The notes beneath the pieces are model-generated. The model had not been told where the DNA came from. It did not search any database and saw nothing but the letters and a program-made list of their open reading frames with translations. From a virus (Duplodnaviria > Caudoviricetes), in the IMG/VR virus record IMGVR_UViG_3300033485_000052, positions 1-34,688 of that record: 34,688 nt of DNA; one strand, 5' to 3'. Of this stretch, positions 34,233 through 34,688 are shown piece by piece; the stretch's first letter is position 1; every line of letters begins with the position of its first letter. A program made the translations under genes and the position numbers.

Positions 34233-34477
34233 CTTATTGCCTCACATTTAGTAGGTTCATCCCATCGGTTAGTAATGAGTGATTCAATATATGGTCCATC
34301 TTTCTGCATCTGCCAGTGGTGCATAAGAAATCCAGTTTCGTGACAGTAATATTGCTCACGATCTACCGATTGTGCATTTAGTTTCCCAACGTCTTTATTT
34401 ATACCGATGCCAAGGTCTGGGTAAATAGCCACTACGAATAATATTAATAATATAAAAAATGCTAGTAAATACTTCAT
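34229..34477 (-). CDS. Small protein with an N-terminal TM/signal anchor
   Basis: MKYLLAFFILLILFVVAIYP; two Cys in the soluble part. Confidence 0.65.
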   Translation of the reverse strand: MKYLLAFFILLILFVVAIYPDLGIGINKDVGKLNAQSVDREQYYCHETGFLMHHWQMQKDGPYIESLITNRWDEPTKCEAIR

Positions 34478-34560
34478 TTTTCACCCTCCAAGTATGTGTA
34501 AATATAAATCAAAGCGATAACTACGATCACCGCACTAGCTATTGTGTTTTCCATGTTCAT
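34474..34560 (-). CDS. 28-aa single-TM micro-protein MNMENTIASAVIVVIALIYIYTYLEGEK
   Basis: ATGA overlaps at both ends. Confidence 0.5.
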   Translation of the reverse strand: MNMENTIASAVIVVIALIYIYTYLEGEK

Positions 34561-34667
34561 GCTGTCCCCTTTGGGATAGATTTAACTTTTGATATTAAAT
34601 ATCTGATTGATAACATCGGATAAATTTCATGTAGCTTTTTAACTGTAATTTTTTGTGGCAAACTCAT
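34557..34667 (-). CDS. 36-aa micro-ORF MSLPQKITVKKLHEIYPMLSIRYLISKVKSIPKGTA
   Basis: SD GGGGAG; ATGA overlap; links the two ends of the circle. Confidence 0.5.
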   Translation of the reverse strand: MSLPQKITVKKLHEIYPMLSIRYLISKVKSIPKGTA

Positions 34668-34688
34668 CTTTTTACTCCCCAAAAATAA
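34562..34688. repeat. Terminal direct repeat, copy 2
   Basis: Identical to 1-127. Confidence 0.95.

Noticed and set aside
34562-34688. 127-bp terminal repeat as a biological DTR
   Set aside because: 127 is a common assembler k-mer length and the repeat falls within a continuous gene series, so it is best read as circular-contig overlap. P22-like phages typically package by headful and are circularly permuted.
1-34688. Stop-codon reassignment suggested by the phage tRNA
   Set aside because: The anticodon is CCA, not a suppressor, and long genes are intact in the standard code with TAA, TAG and TGA all used as stops.

Overview
The window is an apparently complete, circularly assembled genome (34,561 bp unique; bases 1-127 recur exactly at 34562-34688) of an AT-rich, P22-like short-tailed dsDNA phage. 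Nearly every gene is on the minus strand; the only credible plus-strand gene is an HNH-AP2 endonuclease. Reading leftwards from the right end, the order is: small early/middle genes (SSB-like, DUF1064 nuclease, YopX, HNH/Zn-finger proteins); TerS-TerL-portal-scaffold-coat; P22 gp4/gp10-like tail hub; GNAT plus three DNA-ejection proteins; a split adaptor plus tail fibre; lysis region (M15 peptidase); KilA-N; a lambda-O-like initiator with an internal iteron origin; a minimal nucleotidyltransferase; Sak4-like ATPase and NinB/Orf-like recombination genes; and a tRNA-Trp within a cluster of structured RNA elements. I recognise no integrase, CI/Cro switch or partition genes. The most interesting signals are non-coding: (i) a self-contained ~87-nt sRNA candidate with anti-Shine-Dalgarno CACCUC motifs (5978-6064); (ii) a riboswitch-like pseudoknot versus SD-sequestering hairpin upstream of the GNAT/ejection operon (15355-15407); (iii) a bistable leader upstream of the replication initiator (4880-5040); (iv) structured RNAs flanking the tRNA, one with tRNA-like ends; and (v) an 18-bp palindrome-containing element at fixed spacing in three promoters. 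Together they suggest RNA-based control of development, which is a hypothesis. Protein family calls come from motif recognition and synteny, not database searches. A Campylobacterota host is inferred from promoter and RBS style only.
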